From NCBI GenBank assembly GCA_963790365.1, contig CAWBOU010000050.1:5056-69055 (forward strand): DNA of 64,000 bases, read 5' to 3'. Both the position numbers and the translations under genes were made by a program. Positions within the stretch are counted from its first letter, which is position 1; every line of letters starts with the position of its first letter. The stretch comes from an uncultured delta proteobacterium (GTDB lineage Bacteria > Desulfobacterota > Binatia > JACPRU01). The notes beneath the pieces were generated by a model that saw only the letters and a program-made list of their open reading frames with translations, was not told the DNA's origin and did not search any database. Positions 39,775-49,294 of this stretch are shown here, piece by piece.

Positions 39775-41609
39775 GGCCCGTTCCCGTTCACGATCACGAA
39801 GTCGCGCTGCCCTTCCGGATAGACTGCGATGAATCCGACCGACGCGCCGGCGAGCTTCTCTTCCTCGATTCGGAGCGGCGGGATGGTACGGAAGGTCGGC
39901 AGCCAGTGATAGCGAAGCACGAGACGTTCGCCGACCGCATCATGGACCTCGATCCGGTCGTGCTCTGCGCGCGCGTTGCCGGCGCCCACGGCGACGCGTG
40001 AGCGTTGCGGTTCTCGCACCCGAAAGACGACGGCGTCGCCGATCGTGGTTGCGACCTCGAGCACGCCGGGAAAAGCGCGGAACCGCTCGAGCGTCGCCTT
40101 CGAGACCACGACGACCCAGGAGACGCCGTAGCGGTCGAGCGCGGCGCGGAGCCGCGCTTCCGTGTTGAACCAGGAGAGCGGCACGCGGAACAGCGTCGAC
40201 GTGCCGAATTGGATGTAGCTGTACGTCGTCGCCGGCGCGAAGCCCCCGTGTCCCAGATACTCACGCGGAGCATCGAGGCCGAGCAGGCGGAACCGGTAGA
40301 TCCAGATCCTCCGCGCGCTGCCCTCGAAGGGTGGAACCGGGCGCCAGACCGGCTGCACGAGGATCCGGTCGTCGGCCGCGGTCTCCCGCGCGATCCAGCG
40401 CGCGAGACCGTCCGCGGTCGGGTCGACACCGCTGCCGAGCGACGACGGCGGGATCACGAATATCGCCGACTTCGCGATCGCCAGCGCCGCGATCGCGGCG
40501 AAGACGAGCGCCGGCGCCCGGCGCGCGCGTACGCCGTCCGCCAAGCGGAGGAGGCCGCGTCCCGCCGGCACGGCGAGAACGAACGCGAACGGTACGAGGA
40601 ACCGGTACGGCTGGAGATATTTCACCGGACCGAGCCACGATCCGGCGTACGCAAGCACGAACGAGACCGACGCCGCCACGACGAGCGCGCGCGTCGCGGC
40701 GCGCGACGCCGAGCCACGGAGACCGATCGCGGCGAGGACGACGAGGCCGAAGAGCGCCCCGGCTCCGCCCCACTCCGGCTGTGGTCCCCCGAGGCTCCAG
40801 AGCCAGTCGTCGACGAGCCGCGCGAGCCCGCCGCTGGGAAAGCTGCTCGGCTGCGGCGGCAGGAACGCGGAGGCGATGTGCGGGTACGCGAGGAAGACGG
40901 GGATCATCGGCACGAAGAGGACGAGCCCCACGGAGACGAGCTCCGCGATCGCGCGAGCGCGCCGATTGCTCGTGAGCGCGACGACCGCGAGAGCGGGAGC
41001 CATCACGACGGCCGCGCCCGGGTGGACGAAGGTCGCGAACGCGCCCGCGAGGAGCGCGGTCAGGCCAGAGGCGCGGAACAGCGTGCCGCGATCGAGCGCC
41101 ACGGCCAGGCCGACGAGCGGCCACGGCGCGAGCGCTGACGCGAAGAGAAAGGAGATCACACCGCCCCGCCAGAACGCGTCGCAGATCGGCACGGCGAAAG
41201 TCGCAACGGCGGCGGCGAAGGCCGCCCCCGCGGCTTCGGCGGCCGCCGCCTCCGCTCGCCGCGCCGCCGCGTACGCCGCGAGCGGCGTGACGAAGAGCGC
41301 GAGCAGCACGCCGAGGTTGAACGCCGCCGGCTCCCACCCGCTCGGCGCGAGAGCAAGGACCGCGAAGAAGAGCTTGTTGTCGACGAGGCCGAGGATCCCT
41401 TCGGGAAATCCCGCCATCCATTCCGGGCTCCAGCCCCAGAGCGCGCCGGCGCGCTCGAGGTGCACGCGCACGTTCAGCGCCTCGAGGAAGTGGACCGGAT
41501 AGTCGACCATGCCGAACGGCCGCGACATCACGTCCGCCGGCGACACGAGCCGGGCCACGAGCGCCGCCTGCAGCGCGAGGACGAGCGCGAGACCGCCGCG
41601 GGACACCAA
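39771..41609 (-). CDS. Large polytopic membrane protein, GT-C-like; paralogue of the 42476-44317 protein
   Basis: Alignable with the downstream paralogue from the first TM helix (GLALVLALQAALVARLV ... WGWSPEWMAGFPEGILGLVDNKLFF vs YSTRWSAGHVEGFGGLVTNKVYNL). Start placed at the TTG/GTG ~41606-41609, 6 nt after the methyltransferase stop; the ATG at 41528 is the alternative. Confidence 0.5.
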   Translation of the reverse strand: MVSRGGLALVLALQAALVARLVSPADVMSRPFGMVDYPVHFLEALNVRVHLERAGALWGWSPEWMAGFPEGILGLVDNKLFFAVLALAPSGWEPAAFNLGVLLALFVTPLAAYAAARRAEAAAAEAAGAAFAAAVATFAVPICDAFWRGGVISFLFASALAPWPLVGLAVALDRGTLFRASGLTALLAGAFATFVHPGAAVVMAPALAVVALTSNRRARAIAELVSVGLVLFVPMIPVFLAYPHIASAFLPPQPSSFPSGGLARLVDDWLWSLGGPQPEWGGAGALFGLVVLAAIGLRGSASRAATRALVVAASVSFVLAYAGSWLGPVKYLQPYRFLVPFAFVLAVPAGRGLLRLADGVRARRAPALVFAAIAALAIAKSAIFVIPPSSLGSGVDPTADGLARWIARETAADDRILVQPVWRPVPPFEGSARRIWIYRFRLLGLDAPREYLGHGGFAPATTYSYIQFGTSTLFRVPLSWFNTEARLRAALDRYGVSWVVVVSKATLERFRAFPGVLEVATTIGDAVVFRVREPQRSRVAVGAGNARAEHDRIEVHDAVGERLVLRYHWLPTFRTIPPLRIEEEKLAGASVGFIAVYPEGQRDFVIVNGNGP

Positions 41610-41614
41610 CGTGG

Positions 41615-42424
41615 CTACACTTTGTCCGCGACGACCCAGAGATCGTTCGAGAAGATCCGCCGCAGCGGCTCGCGCGAGGCGAGCTCCGCGAAGCGACGGA
41701 TGAGGGGGCTCGCCGCGAATGACTGCGTATAGCGGCTCTTGCCGCCGCGGAGGACGTCGGCGTCGCATTCGACTTCGACCCGCGCGAACGGCGAGCGGCG
41801 GAAGAGCCGACGGAGCCGTCCCGCGCTGTACTCGCGCACGTGGAATTCCCGGATCGTGCGGTATTGATCCCAGAAGAGCCCGAGCATCTGCCACTTCCCC
41901 ATCACCGCGAGACCGAGCAGCACCCAGGGGAAGACGAGGCGGATGAAGAGGACGTTCGGCGAGGTGTGCAGAACGAGACGGCCGCCCGGCGCGAGGACGC
42001 GGTGGACGTCGCGAATCATCGCCTCCGCCTGGCTCGAGGTCAGGTGCTCGAGCACGTCGCCGAGGAGGATCTTGTCGAACGACCCCGCCCGGAACGGCAG
42101 CAGCGAGGCGTCGGCCTGGAATACTTCCGCCTCGGCGCCGCAGGTTTCCCGACCGAGCGAGACCGCGTCGCGCGAGTAGTCGATGCCGACGGCGATCGCT
42201 CCCTGCCGAGCGCACGCGAGGAGCACCTCGCCGCGGCCGGTGCCGAGCTCGAGGATCCGTTCCCCCGCCCGCGGGGCGACCTTCGCGAGCAGGCGCTCCT
42301 TCACGTGGGAGACGCCACGGTCGGCGACGTACTCGCGAAACCCCTCGCAGCGATCGCTCAAGAAATACGAGCGATCGTATTGCTGCCGAGGGATGCCGAC
42401 GGTGCGGCGCGCGAAATACGACAT
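41615..42424 (-). CDS. Class I SAM-dependent methyltransferase
   Basis: Motif I ILELGTGRGEVLLACA, motif II FDKILLGDVLEHL, motif III LAPGGRLVL. Confidence 0.75.
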   Translation of the reverse strand: MSYFARRTVGIPRQQYDRSYFLSDRCEGFREYVADRGVSHVKERLLAKVAPRAGERILELGTGRGEVLLACARQGAIAVGIDYSRDAVSLGRETCGAEAEVFQADASLLPFRAGSFDKILLGDVLEHLTSSQAEAMIRDVHRVLAPGGRLVLHTSPNVLFIRLVFPWVLLGLAVMGKWQMLGLFWDQYRTIREFHVREYSAGRLRRLFRRSPFARVEVECDADVLRGGKSRYTQSFAASPLIRRFAELASREPLRRIFSNDLWVVADKV

Positions 42425-42475
42425 CGTGCGGCAAACTCTTCTAAGAGAAGGGCCCGAGCGTTACAACCGCGGCCC

Positions 42476-44317
42476 GTGGGGCGTATCGCCGGCCGATCGG
42501 CCTTCTGGCTCCTCGCCGGCCTCCATCTCGCCGGTTGCCTGCACTACTTTCCGCTCCACGAAGTCCTCTCGGGCGAGCCGGTCACCACAGGCGACTTCGT
42601 GCAGCACTGGCTGGAATCCGTCCACCGGGCCGAGTTCCTACGCGACGGCTCGGTGCTCGGCTACTCGACGCGGTGGTCGGCGGGCCACGTCGAGGGCTTC
42701 GGCGGCCTCGTCACGAACAAGGTCTACAATCTCGTCGTCGCGGTGCTCCCGGAGGCGTTGCGGCCGCTCGGTTTCAACCTGACCGTCCTCCTCGCGCTCT
42801 GGCTCTTTCCACCGCTCGTCTACGCGGCCGCGCGCCGTTTCGGCCACCCGCCGGTGCGCGCCGCGATCGCCATGGCCCTCGCGGCCGCCTGTTGGTACGG
42901 CTCGATGCTCTTCCGCGTGTTCTGGCGCGGCGGGAGCCCGATGTTCCACGTCGGTGCCGCCGCCGCCGTGCTGGCCGCGGCGCTGCTCTATGCGCGCTGG
43001 AGCGACGGCGAGGAGCGCCCCGGTCTCTGGAGGGTGATCGTCGCCGTCGCGGTTCTCCCGTGGATCCACGCGGGCGCGGCGATCGTCTTCGCGATCGTCG
43101 TCGCATTCGTCTGGCTCGTGACGCTCCGCGACCGCGGGCTTCGTGTCGGCGAGATCGCCACGATCGGCGTCGCGACCGTCGTCGCGAATCTGCCCTGGCT
43201 TTGGCCGTTCCTCCGCCATCACAACCTGCAGCGCTCGCTTTACTACGGCATCTACGTCGGCGGCCCGGAGCACTTGCTCTTCGACTTCGTCCGCGGGCCG
43301 TTCCACCTCGGTACCGGTCCGCGCGAGGAGGCGGCGATCCTCGCTCCGCTCCTCGTGCTCGCGTTGCTCGCGGGTTGGAAGCTCCGCGACCGGGCGCGGC
43401 TCGCGCCGATCCTCTTCGGCTCGGCGGTGGTTTTCGGGGTCCTCGCATACGGCGGAGAGGCCCTCGGCACGGGGGTCGGCTCGCTCCAGCCGTATCGCTT
43501 CGTGGTTCCGCTCGCGATCCTCCTCGCGATCGCGGCCGCGGCCTTTCCGTCTTGGCTCGACGAGCCGCGGGCCGGCACTCGGAGGCTCGCGGTCACGCTC
43601 GCGCTCGTCGCGCTCGTCGGCATCGCGGATCGGCTTCGCCTCGGCGGCCGCGCGGGCGACTACCTCGGCGCCGGGCTCGGCGAGACCGAGCGCTGGGCGC
43701 TCGAGGCGCTGCGCGCGGCCGCGGCGCCGCGCGGCGAGCGCGTCGACGGTCGGGTGCTGGTCGAAGGCGACTGGCTCGTCGAGCCCGTCGAGGGCCGGCC
43801 CGGAGCGCGACGCGTGAGCTACAGCTTCGTCGCGCTCGAGGGCCGGCTCGACGCGGAGATGATCGGCTCGCCCATGATGCCCGTGCTGACGCCCGCGGAA
43901 GACGCGTCGTTCTGGCTGGGCAAGCTCTTCGGCAAGCGGATCGAATCCTGGAGCGCGGAGGAATTCCGTGCGCTCTGCGAGCGATACGGCATCCGCTGGG
44001 TCGTCACGTTGCGCGCCCGGTCGACGCGCGCGCTGGAGGCGTTCGGGGCACCCGTCGAGCGCATCACGGAGCGCGACGGTTCGGGCGTCTTTCGCGTGTC
44101 GCTGCCTCGGCCCGCGGGCGTCCGCAGCGACGGACGCTGGATCGAGGTCGACGCGGGCTCGACCGAGCCGATCGTCGTCCCCTACCACTGGAACCCGCTG
44201 CTCGTGGCCCGACCCGAGGCTCCCGTCCGCCCGGTGCCGAGCGGAGTCCTCACGACGCTGCCCTTCGTCGAGCTCGCCCCGCCTCGTCCCGGTCGCTACC
44301 GGATCGGGATCGAGTGA
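42476..44317 (+). CDS. Large polytopic membrane protein, GT-C-like (paralogue of 39771-41609)
   Basis: GTG start (MGRIAGRSAFWLLAGLHLAGCLHYFPLHEV...). ~613 aa with 11+ TM helices and a C-terminal soluble domain. The preceding 600 nt of the track ORF are junk. Confidence 0.5.
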   Translation: MGRIAGRSAFWLLAGLHLAGCLHYFPLHEVLSGEPVTTGDFVQHWLESVHRAEFLRDGSVLGYSTRWSAGHVEGFGGLVTNKVYNLVVAVLPEALRPLGFNLTVLLALWLFPPLVYAAARRFGHPPVRAAIAMALAAACWYGSMLFRVFWRGGSPMFHVGAAAAVLAAALLYARWSDGEERPGLWRVIVAVAVLPWIHAGAAIVFAIVVAFVWLVTLRDRGLRVGEIATIGVATVVANLPWLWPFLRHHNLQRSLYYGIYVGGPEHLLFDFVRGPFHLGTGPREEAAILAPLLVLALLAGWKLRDRARLAPILFGSAVVFGVLAYGGEALGTGVGSLQPYRFVVPLAILLAIAAAAFPSWLDEPRAGTRRLAVTLALVALVGIADRLRLGGRAGDYLGAGLGETERWALEALRAAAAPRGERVDGRVLVEGDWLVEPVEGRPGARRVSYSFVALEGRLDAEMIGSPMMPVLTPAEDASFWLGKLFGKRIESWSAEEFRALCERYGIRWVVTLRARSTRALEAFGAPVERITERDGSGVFRVSLPRPAGVRSDGRWIEVDAGSTEPIVVPYHWNPLLVARPEAPVRPVPSGVLTTLPFVELAPPRPGRYRIGIE

Positions 44318-44398
44318 GTTTCGGTTTGCGCACGATCCCGATGCGGGCTACACAGCACCGCTTCCCTGTGGCGGGGGCAGGGGGCGGGGTGTCGGGGT

Positions 44399-46077
44399 TT
44401 GCGCATCAAGCTCGTCTCTCTTGAGGACGGGATCACCTCTTGCGGCTTCCGCAAGATCGCCGCCTACGTCGCCCGGCTCAACGCCGACACCGAGGCCTGC
44501 TACGTCTCGACCAACCGGCTACCGCAGCGTGCGGAACGCGATCACGCGGCAACTTCGGCGCAAGGCGCGAGCTCGGCGACGACGACGTCGACGAGATCGC
44601 CCGCGGCCTGGCCGGCGCCGACCTGGTCGGCTTCTCGTCGATGACGGGCTACGCCGACCTCACGCGCGAAGATCATCCGCCGCGTGCGCGAGCTCGACCC
44701 GCGGCGTACTCGTGTGGGGCGGCATCCACCCGATCATCCACCCCGAGGACGCGATCCTGGCCGACGTCGACGCCATCTGCACCGGCGAGGGCGAGTTCGC
44801 GTTCGAGGAGCTGCTACGGCCGTCTGCAGCGCGGGCACGCGACTTCACGCGGCTGCGGAACTTCTGGTTCAAGCGCGAACGGCGACGGTCGATCCGCAAC
44901 GGTTCCTGCCCGCTGATGACCGCGGAGGAGATGGAGACGCTGCCGTTCCCGCAGTACCGGGGAAGGGCGAGCGGATCTACCGCACCGGGCGAGGGCTTCG
45001 TGCCGATGGCGCTCGGCGACTACCTCGCTCAACGACGGGCCTCGGCGTACACGCACGCTCTGGTCGATCGGCTGCCCGTTCCACTGCACGTTCTGCGGCA
45101 ACACGAAGTTCATCGCCAACGACCCGAAGTACAAGAAGATCCGCCACCCGAGCGCCCGCTACATCGGTCGAGGAGATGAAGCGCGTGCGGCAGCGCTTCC
45201 CGCACGTCAGCCAGGTGAGCTTCCACGACGACAGCTTCATGGCGATCCCCTACCGCGAGCTCGAGGAGTTCGCCGAGCTGTGGAAGCCGGAGCTCGGACA
45301 TCCCGTTCGCGGTCTACGGCGTCATCCCCAACTACGTCGAAGCGCGACAAGTTCGAGATCCTCACCTGGGCCGGCATGAACCGGGTGCGCATGGGCATCC
45401 AGAGCGGCAGCCAGCGGATCCTCGACTTCTACAAGCGGCCCACGCCGCCCGAGAAGATCGAGGCGGCGACGCGAGGTCTGCGGCTCGTTCGCGCCGAAGT
45501 ACCACATCCCGCCGGCCTACGACATCATCGTCGACAACCCGATCGAGACCCGCCAGGACGTCGTCGACACGCTCGAGCTGCTCTACGGATGCCACGGCCG
45601 TACACGCTGCTCATCTACTCGCTCAAGGTCATCCCGAACACCGAGCTCGAGAAGCTCGATGAAGCGAGCGCGGCGTCGACATCGAGGAGATTCGGCCGAG
45701 CTACTCCGTGATCCCGCCGCGCGCCGCGAACCTGCTCGCTCTACGTGCTGGCCGTGTGGCGGCCGCCGCGCTGGCTCTTCGACCGCCTGCTGCGCCGCGT
45801 CGAGGCGAGCGCCAAACCGCAGAAGGACTACCCGCGGCTCGGCCTCGTGCTGCGCACGCTCTACCTCGTGAAGCGGGTCCTCGGCCACCTCCGCTTCATG
45901 GACTTCTCGATCATCCCCGGCCGGACCGGCTACGTGTTCTGGAAGCTCGGCATCGTTGGCTTGTGGCAACGCCGCTTCACGAAGCGGCACGCGCGGCCAA
46001 GCCGCGACGGCCCGCTACCGGTCCCGATCGCCGCACGGCCGACGGCAAGCGACTTGAGCGCCGAAGCAGCGACCTGA
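44399..46077 (+). pseudogene. B12-binding radical SAM protein shattered by at least 12 single-base frameshifts (conserved segments alternate among all three + frames)
   Basis: Ordered segments visible in the track are MRIKLVSLEDGITSCGFRKIAAYVARLNADTEACYVSTNR (f1), GNFGARRELGDDDVDEIARGLAGADLVGFSSMTGYADLTR (f2), KIIRRVRELDP (f1), VLVWGGIHPIIHPEDAILADVDAICTGEGEFAFEELL...NFWFKRERRRSIRNGSCPLMTAEEMETLPFPQYRG (f3), KGERIYRTGRG (f1), FVPMALGDYL (f3), LWSIGCPFHCTFCGNTKFIANDPKYKKIRHPSARYI (f2; Cx3Cx2C), VEEMKRVRQRFPHVSQVSFHDDSFMAIPYRELEEFAELWKPEL (f1), DIPFAVYGVIPNYV (f3), KRDKFEILTWAGMNRVRMGIQSGSQRILDFYKRPTPPEKIEAA (f2), CGSFAPKYHIPPAYDIIVDNPIETRQDVVDTLELLYG (f1), MPRPYTLLIYSLKVIPNTELEKLDEAS (f2), VIPPRAANLL (f3), LAVWRPPRWLFDRLLRRVEASAKPQKDYPRLGLVLRTLYLVKRVLGHLRFMDFSIIPGRTGYVFWKLG (f2). 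Confidence 0.7.
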
Positions 46078-46136
46078 CCCGTCACAGCGCGGGTGCCGCA
46101 GAGACGCTTTTCGTCACCGCGGTGCGCTCGCTTGGC

Positions 46137-46889
46137 TCAGTCGCGTCGCGGGAGTCCCGCGGGCCGGCGCCGCCCCGCACTCCACCGGCCCAGCCGCCGG
46201 CCGATGCTCAGAACCTCGCGGACGGTGAGCGGGATGTCGGTCCACCGAACCTTCGAGAGGCCCTCGAGCCGGCGCAAATGGTGGACGCCCACCTGATGAA
46301 TGGAGAGCTCGAGGCTTCGCGCTTTGACCAGAATCTCCGTGTTGACGAAGTACCGCGGCGACTCGATCTCGATCCGATCGAAGACCGCGCGGCGGAAGAG
46401 CTTGAACGCGCAGTCGACGTCGCGAATCCGCAGGTCGAACATCGAACGCACGACCAGGTTGTAGCCGAACGAAAGGAAGCGGCGGAGGGCCGTATCCTGT
46501 CGGTGCTTCCGAAAGCCGACGACGATGTCGTGCTCTGCGATGTGCGGGAGCAGGTCCTTCAGGCTTGCGAGATCGAATTGGCGATCCGCGTCGGTGAAGA
46601 AGAGGTGGGGATGGCGAGCCGCGTGGAAGCCGTCTCGGAGCGCGCAACCGTAGCCCTCGTTTTGCGTTTTGCGAATCAGCCGGAGGTTCGCGAAGCGCTG
46701 CTGCAGGCGCTCCACCTCGACGTCGGTGCCGTCTGTCGAGCCGTCGCTCACGACGATGATCTCGAAGTCCTCGACGAGGTCGTCGAGGATCGCGTGCGCG
46801 GTGAGCACGCTGAAGCGAATGTTCTCGATCTCGTTGAACGCGGGGATGACGACGGAGAGGCCGCCGCGCCACTTCTCTCCTGCCTGCAT
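46137..46889 (-). CDS. Glycosyltransferase family 2, polyprenyl-phosphate-sugar synthase-like (DPM1/Ppm1/ArnC-type)
   Basis: MQAGEKWRGGLSVVIPAFNEIENIRFSVLTAHAILDDLVEDFEIIVVSDGSTDGTDVEV...FFTDADRQFD...HDIVVGFR. Short (250 aa) GT2 with DAD motif, typical of lipid-carrier sugar synthases. Start overlaps the upstream stop (TGATG). Confidence 0.7.
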   Translation of the reverse strand: MQAGEKWRGGLSVVIPAFNEIENIRFSVLTAHAILDDLVEDFEIIVVSDGSTDGTDVEVERLQQRFANLRLIRKTQNEGYGCALRDGFHAARHPHLFFTDADRQFDLASLKDLLPHIAEHDIVVGFRKHRQDTALRRFLSFGYNLVVRSMFDLRIRDVDCAFKLFRRAVFDRIEIESPRYFVNTEILVKARSLELSIHQVGVHHLRRLEGLSKVRWTDIPLTVREVLSIGRRLGRWSAGRRRPAGLPRRD

Positions 46890-49232
46890 CACGCGGCCTT
46901 CACCGGCACGGGGGACGCCGCGCGGTCGCTCGACCGCCAGCGCCACGCGCCGAAGGCGAGCAGGTAGAGTGCGAGGGCGAGCCAGTAGAGGAAGGCGAAC
47001 CCGAAGTACATGGAGTTGTACTCGAGGACACCGCCGACCATCGCGCCGAGGACGTTCTGCGCCATCGCCGCGGACACGTCGCCGCTCTGCCGGAGGCAGG
47101 TCGAGAAGGCGATTCCCGAAAAGAAGAGCGGCACCGTGAGCACCGCGACCGTGGCGAGACGCCCCGCCGCGGTGGGCGGGAACCCGCCCGCTTTCGCGAC
47201 CACGACGCCGATCACGAGGCACGCGGCGAGGAGCGCGAACGGGAGGACGAGCCCCCGGAGCTCGAGCCGCCGAACCGCGAGATTCGCGAGGAACGCCATG
47301 CCGAGCACGCCGACGATCGCGATGCCGATGACGCTCCAGGTGTTCCCGAAGACGAGCCCGAGCTCGGTGATCGCCTTCGTCTCGACGAGCATGAAGCCGG
47401 CGCCGAGGAAGAAGAACGTCGCGTCGCGCGAGCTCGGGCGCGCGGGCAGAAAGCGCGCGACGATCGTGACCGAGAGAAGCAAAAGAACACCGAGCACGAG
47501 GAGGTACGACACCGGATAGATCCGCCGCGGCATGTAGAAGAACGGCCAGTCGTCCGTCGAAGGATCGGCGCGGAGCGCCGGGCTCGCATACGTCGGCGCG
47601 CGGTCGACGAAGCCGCTGCGCTCGAGGAGCCCGGCCGGCAATGCGAAGGTCGCCGCGCTTGTTCTGCAGGAAGAGGACGCCGTCGCCCCACGGCGTCTCG
47701 AGGCAGAGCGGCGGACGGCCGTCGAACGCTTCCGTCATCATCAGGTAGAGCTTGCGGCCGAGCTCGGGCGTGAGCACGAGGAACGCGAGGCTCAAGACGC
47801 CGTCGTCGTTCAGCCGCTCGCGCGCATCGCGGATGCCTTCCACGGTGTAAACGAAGGAATCGATGCGTACGCTCGACGCGTGGCGACAGGAGCGTGTGCG
47901 AGTCGAGCGAGCCCGTAGATCACGCGGTCGAAGCGCTCGTCCGTCGAGCGGAAGAACGAGCGCGCGTCGTTGATCACGAGCGTTCACGCGTGGGCTCGAG
48001 TACGGGCGCTCCGGATGGTACGCGCGCCCGACGCCGGCGATCGCGGGATCGATCTCGATCGCCTCGACACGCTCCATGCCGGCGCGCAGCGCGGCGGCGA
48101 CGTCGTTGCCCGTGCCGGCGCCGACGATCGCGGTCGTCTTCGCCGGCGAGCCGATCTGGTACGGCAGCTCGTAGTAGCTCGCGTGGCGCGCCTTCTTCGG
48201 GTCCGCGGCCTGCGCGGTCGCCGAGAGATCGTAGATCTCCTGGTAGTAGAGCCCGGCGGCGCGGATGATCGAGAGACCGCCCCGCCCCGGACCGCGCTCG
48301 ACGAGCTGATAGGGCGAGTAGATCCGGTCCCAATCGATCGTCACCGGCCACGCGAGCGCGCCGACCGCGACGAGGCTCGCGACGGCGCCGAGCACGAGCG
48401 ATTCGCGGTCGACCGCGAGGAACGCGAGAAGCCCGACGAAGCCCGCCGCGAACCAGATCGTCGGCGGCGTCCAGAAAGAGCTCGCGACGAGCATCGCGCC
48501 GACGCCGGCGAGACTGCCGACGAGATTCCAACCATACGACGCGAGGCCGTCCGCGCGATCCATCAAGCGTCCGGCGAGCTGCCCGAGCGGCACGAACGCG
48601 ATCGCGGTCAGCACGAAGAGCGTCGCGAGGAAGAGGCCGATTGCGACGAACTGGAGCGGGCTCCGCGCGATCGCGAAGCCCATGTTGAGGCTCTCCTGGA
48701 ACGGCATCGCATGGAGGCTCTTCCAGAGCGCGGAATCGAGCCCGTAGCGGAGCGCGAGGAGCAGGATGAACTGCCACGCGAACAGCGGGATCACGAGGCC
48801 GAGCGGAAGCTCGTCACGCCGCGCGAGCGCGTAGCCGAGCCCGAGCCCGAGAAAGCAGGAGAGCAGCCCGAGGTTCTTGTAGAACGCGAAGAACTCGAAG
48901 ACGGTCGCCTGCCAGCGGATCACCGCGAGCTCGAGGAAGAGCCCGAGCCCGGCCGCCGCGGCGACGGCGAGCGCGAGGCGCGCGCTCGGCAGGCGGTCGA
49001 GCCATTCCGCTTGCGCGCGGGCCGCCCGCTCGATCCGCGGCTCGAGCCGGTGAAGCAGAGCGCGCGCGAAGAAGAAGCCCGCAACGGCGAGACCGACGAG
49101 CACCGCGAGGGTCTCGGTCGCGCCGGACGGCGGCGCGCTCGCGAGAAGCATGCTGCAACCGACGACGACGGCCGGGAGAGCGAGGCTCGTCACGAGCGCT
49201 GCCCGCGCGAGGCGAAGATAAGCGGGAAGCAT
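46889..49232 (-). pseudogene. Membrane-anchored spermidine-synthase-like (PABS/class I MTase fold) protein with N- and C-terminal polytopic domains, disrupted by at least 4 frameshifts
   Basis: ATG at 49232 (MLPAYLRLARAALVTSLALPAVVVGCSMLL...~9 TM helices), then the PABS core LSATAQAADPKKARHASYYELPYQIGSPAKTTAIVGAGTGNDVAAALRAGMERVEAIEIDPAIAGVGRAYHPE...PRVN. It then switches frames three times within ~150 nt (VINDARSFFRSTDERFDRVIYG / SLDSHTLLS / SSVRIDSFVYTVEGIRDARERLNDDGVLSLAFLVLTPELGRKLYLMMTEAF) and again at ~47641 before the C-terminal TM domain (ORF 46889-47641). Confidence 0.65.
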
Positions 49233-49294
49233 CGGAAAGCGGCTGGATAGGGGATGGCGGGGGGGCTTGCAAGCTGTTAACACCACGGGCTTCG

